From: Eledone cirrhosa
Taxonomy: Eukaryota
DNA: 64,000 bases
Reading direction: 5' to 3'
NCBI GenBank assembly: GCA_964016885.1
Contig: OZ024743.1
Span: 133,238,001 to 133,302,000 of the forward strand
A program made the position numbers and the translations under genes. The notes beneath the pieces are model-generated. The model ran no database searches and had not been told where the DNA came from. It saw nothing but the letters and a program-made list of their open reading frames with translations. This document shows positions 61,201 through 64,000 of this stretch, piece after piece. Position 1 is the stretch's first letter, and the number at the start of each line of letters is the position of its first letter.

Positions 61201-62556
61201 GTTTGGTGCTTGGTGCTTGGTGCTTGGTGTTTGGTGCTTGGTGCTTGGTGCTTGGTTATTAATGTTTGGTGCTTGGTGCTTGGGGTTTGGTGTTTGGTGC
61301 TTGGTGCTTGGTGTTTGGTGTTTGCTGTATGGTGTTTGCTGTTTCGTGTTTGGTGTTTGCTGTTTGGTGTTTAATGCTTGGTGCTTGGTGCTTGGTGTTT
61401 GGTGCTTGGTGCTTGGTGCTTGGTGTTTGTCGTTTGCTCTTTGCTGTTTGGTGTTTGGTGCTTGCTGTTTGGTGTTTGGTGTTTGGTGTTTGGTGTTTGG
61501 TGCTTGCTGTTTGGTGCTTGGTGCTTGGTGCTGGGTGTTTGGTGCTTGGTGCTGGGTGTTTGGTGCTTGGTGCTTGGTGTTTGGTCCTTGGTGCTTGGTG
61601 CTTGGTCTTTGGTGCTTGGGGTTTGGTGTTTGGTGCTTGGTGCTCGGTGTTTGGTGCTTGGTGCTTGGTGCTTGGTGTTTGGTGTTTGGTGCTTGCTGCT
61701 TGGTGCTTGGTGTTTGGTGCTTGGTCCTTGGTGATTAGTGTTTGGTGCATGGTGCTTGGTGTTTGTTGTTTGGTGCTTGGTGCTTGGTGTTTGGTGCTTG
61801 GTGCTTGCTGTTTGGTGTTTGGTGTTTGGTGCTTGGTGCTTGGTGTTTGGTGCTTGGTGTTTGGTTCTTGGTGTATGTACTTGGTGCTTGGTGCTTGGTG
61901 TTTGGTGCTTGGTTCTTGGTGTTTGGTGCTTGGTGTTTGGTGCTTGGTGTTTGGTGCTTGGTGCTTGGTGTTTGGTACTTGGTGCTTGGTGATTAGTGTT
62001 TGGTGCATGGTGCTTGGTGTTTGTTGTTTGGTGCTTGGTGCTTGGTGTTTGGTGCTTGGTGCTTGCTGTTTGGTGTTTGGTGTTTGGTGCTTGGTGCTTG
62101 GTGTTTGGTGCTTGGTGTTTGGTTCTTGGTGTATGTACTTGGTGCTTGGTGCTTGGTGTTTGGTGCTTGGTTCTTGGTGTTTGGTGCTTGGTGTTTGGTG
62201 TTTGGTGCTTGGTGTTTGGTGCTTGGTGCTTGGTGCTTGGTGTTAAGTGTTTGGTGCATGGTGCTTGGTGTTTGGTGCTTCGTGCTTGGTGCTTGGTGTT
62301 TGGTGCATGGTGCTTGATGTTTGGGGCTTGGTGCCTGGTGCTTGGTGTTTGGTGCTTGGTGCTTGGTGCTTGGTGTTTGGTGTTTGGTGCTTGGTGCTTG
62401 GTGTTTGGTGCTTGGTGTTTGGTGCTTGGTGTTCGGTGCTTGGTGCTTGGTGCTTGGTACTTGGTGTTAGGTTTTTGGTGCTTGGGGCTTGGTGTTTGGT
62501 GTTTGGTGCTTGGTGCTTGGTGTTTGGTGTTTGGTGCTTGGTGTTTGGTGCTTGGT
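54377..62556 (+). repeat. 4,091 bp HOR 'B' (585 monomers), two near-identical tandem copies (54377-58467, 58468-62556)
   Basis: ORFs are offset by 4091 (54436->58527, 55133->59224, 56066->60157, 57905->61996). Private variants TTAATGT, TAAATGT, TTGTCGT. One difference seen at ~58736. Confidence 0.93.
57637..58100 (+). repeat. Internal 258 bp duplication in B; homologous 278 bp pair in A at ~31532-32000
   Basis: ATGTAC 57784->58042 and 61875->62133 (258). ORFs 31542->31820 (278). Confidence 0.8.
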
Positions 62557-64000
62557 GCTTTGTGCTTGGTGTTTGGTGCTGGGTGTATGGTGTTTGGTGC
62601 TTGGTGCTTGGTGCTTGGTGTTTGGTGTTTGGTGCTTGGTACTTGGTGTTTGGTGTTTGATGCTTGGTGTTTGATGCTTGTTGCTTGGTGCTTGGTGTTT
62701 TGTGTTTGGTGTTTGGTGCTTGGTGTTTGGTGCTTGGTGCTTGGTGTTTGGTGCTTGGTGTTTGGCGTTTGGTGCTTGGTGTTTGTTACTTGGTGCTTGG
62801 TGCTTGGTGTTAAGTGTTTGGTGCTTGGTGCTTGGTGTTTGGTGCTTCGTGCTTGGTGCTTGGTGTTTGGTGCATGGTGCTTGGTGTTTGAGGCTTGGTG
62901 CCTGGTGATTTGTGTTTGGTGCTAGGTGCTTGGTGCTTGGTCTTTGGTGTTTGGTGTTGGTGCTTGGTGCTTGGTGTTTGGTGCTTGGTGATTGGTGCTT
63001 GGTGCTTGGTTATTAGTGTTTGGTGCTTGGTGGTTGTGGTTTGGTGTTTGGTGCTTGGTGCTTGGTGTTTGGTGTTTGCTGTATGGTGTTTGCTGTTTCG
63101 TGTTTGGTGTTTGCTGTTTGGTGTTTAATGCTTGGTGCATGGTGTTTGGTGTTTGGTGTTTGGTGTTTGCTGTTTGGTGCTTGCTGTTTGGTGCTTGGTG
63201 CTTGGTGTTTGGTGTTTGGTGTTTGGTGCTTGGTGCTTGGTGTTTGGTGCTTGGTGCTTGGTGCTGGGTGTTTGGTGCTTGGTGCTTGGTGTTTGGTGCT
63301 TGGTGCTTGATGCTTGGTGCTTGGTGTTTGTTGTTTGGTGCTTGGTGCTTGGTGTTTGGTGCTTGGTGCTTGCTGTTTGGTGTTTGGTGTTTGGTGCTTG
63401 GTGCTTGGTCTTTGGTGTTTGGTGTTTGGTGTTTGGTGCTAGGTGCTTGGTGTTTGGTGCTTGGTGTTTGGTGCTTGGTGTTCGGTGCTTGGTGCTTGGT
63501 GTTTGGTGCTTGGTGCTAGGTATTTGGTGTTTGGTGCTTGGTGTTTGGTGTTTGGTGCTTTGTGCTTGGTGTTTGGTGCTGGGTGTATGGTGTTTGGTGC
63601 TTGGTGCTTGGTGCTTGGTGTTTGGTGTTTGGTGCTTGGTACTTGGTGTTTGGTGTTTGATGCTTGGTGTTTGATGCTTGTTGCTTGGTGCTTGGTGTTT
63701 TGTGTTTGGTGTTTGGTGCTTGGTGTATGTACTTGGTGCTTGGTGCTTGGTGTTTGGTGCTTGGTTCTTGGTGTTTGGTGCTTGGTGCTTGGTGCTTGGT
63801 GTTTGGTGCTTGGTGCTTGGTGTTTGGTGCTTGGTGTTTGGTGTTTGGTGCTTGGTGTTTGGTACTTGGTGCTTGGTGCTTGGTTTTAAGTGTTTAGTGC
63901 TTGGTGCTTTGTGTTTGGTGCTTCGTGCTTGGTGCTTGGTGTTTGGTGCATGGTGCTTGGTGTTTGGGGCTTGGTGCCTGGTGCTTTGTGTTTGGTGCTA

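Larger units (their letters stand above)
1..64000 (+). repeat. Heptamer satellite array, consensus TTGGTGC / TTGGTGT, head-to-tail, runs off both window ends
   Basis: Directly visible throughout. Two dominant monomers plus single-substitution variants (TTGATGC, TTAGTGT, TTGCTGT, TTGTTGT, CTGGTGC, ATGGTGC, TTGGTAC, TTGGGGC). All three + frames translate to the same (WCLVLGA/FGV)n and minus frames to (TKHQAPS/TPN)n, as expected for a 7-bp period. Confidence 0.99.

Noticed and set aside
1-64000. CRISPR array or other repeat-spacer system
   Set aside because: No unique spacers, no leader and no cas-like ORFs. The DNA between markers is the same heptamer.
1-64000. Active canonical telomere tract
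   Set aside because: No TTAGGG, TTTAGGG or TTAGG consensus. Variants are inherited through kb-scale duplications, which telomerase addition would not produce.
1-64000. Bacterial heptamer repeats (cyanobacterial STRR-like)
   Set aside because: Those are short intergenic tracts next to genes. A gene-free 64 kb array with HORs does not fit, though the source cannot be proven.
1-64000. Transposon insertions, inversions or hairpins
   Set aside because: No non-satellite segment and no CACCAA-oriented block was seen on the + strand. The near absence of A precludes extended self-complementarity.
1-64000. Pure sequencing or base-calling artefact, or synthetic sequence
   Set aside because: Rare variants recur at exact, arithmetically consistent offsets with hierarchical sharing, which indicates real duplication history. 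Exact copy number could still be misassembled.

Overview
The whole 64 kb window is one uninterrupted, single-orientation tandem satellite array of the heptamer TTGGTG(C/T) (minus strand (G/A)CACCAA), about 9,150 monomers. I found no unique sequence, gene, RNA gene, mobile element or CRISPR. Every ORF in the track is an artefact of the 7-bp period. The information lies in the order of C- versus T-ending monomers and in rare variant monomers. These reveal nested higher-order repeats (HORs): a diverged ~3 kb family (1-9.1 kb), a diverged ~5.6-5.9 kb family (10-25 kb), a near-identical 11,643/11,644 bp duplication (25.3-48.6 kb), ~4.7 copies of a 4,657 bp unit (29.0-55.2 kb), two copies of a 4,091 bp unit (54.4-62.6 kb), and local 783, 630, 258/278 and 70/77 bp duplications. 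Every period I checked equals 7n adjusted by the visible off-length monomers it contains, so rearrangements are in register. The organism and chromosomal role cannot be determined from sequence. Eukaryotic centromeric, pericentromeric or subtelomeric heterochromatin is the most plausible context (inference).
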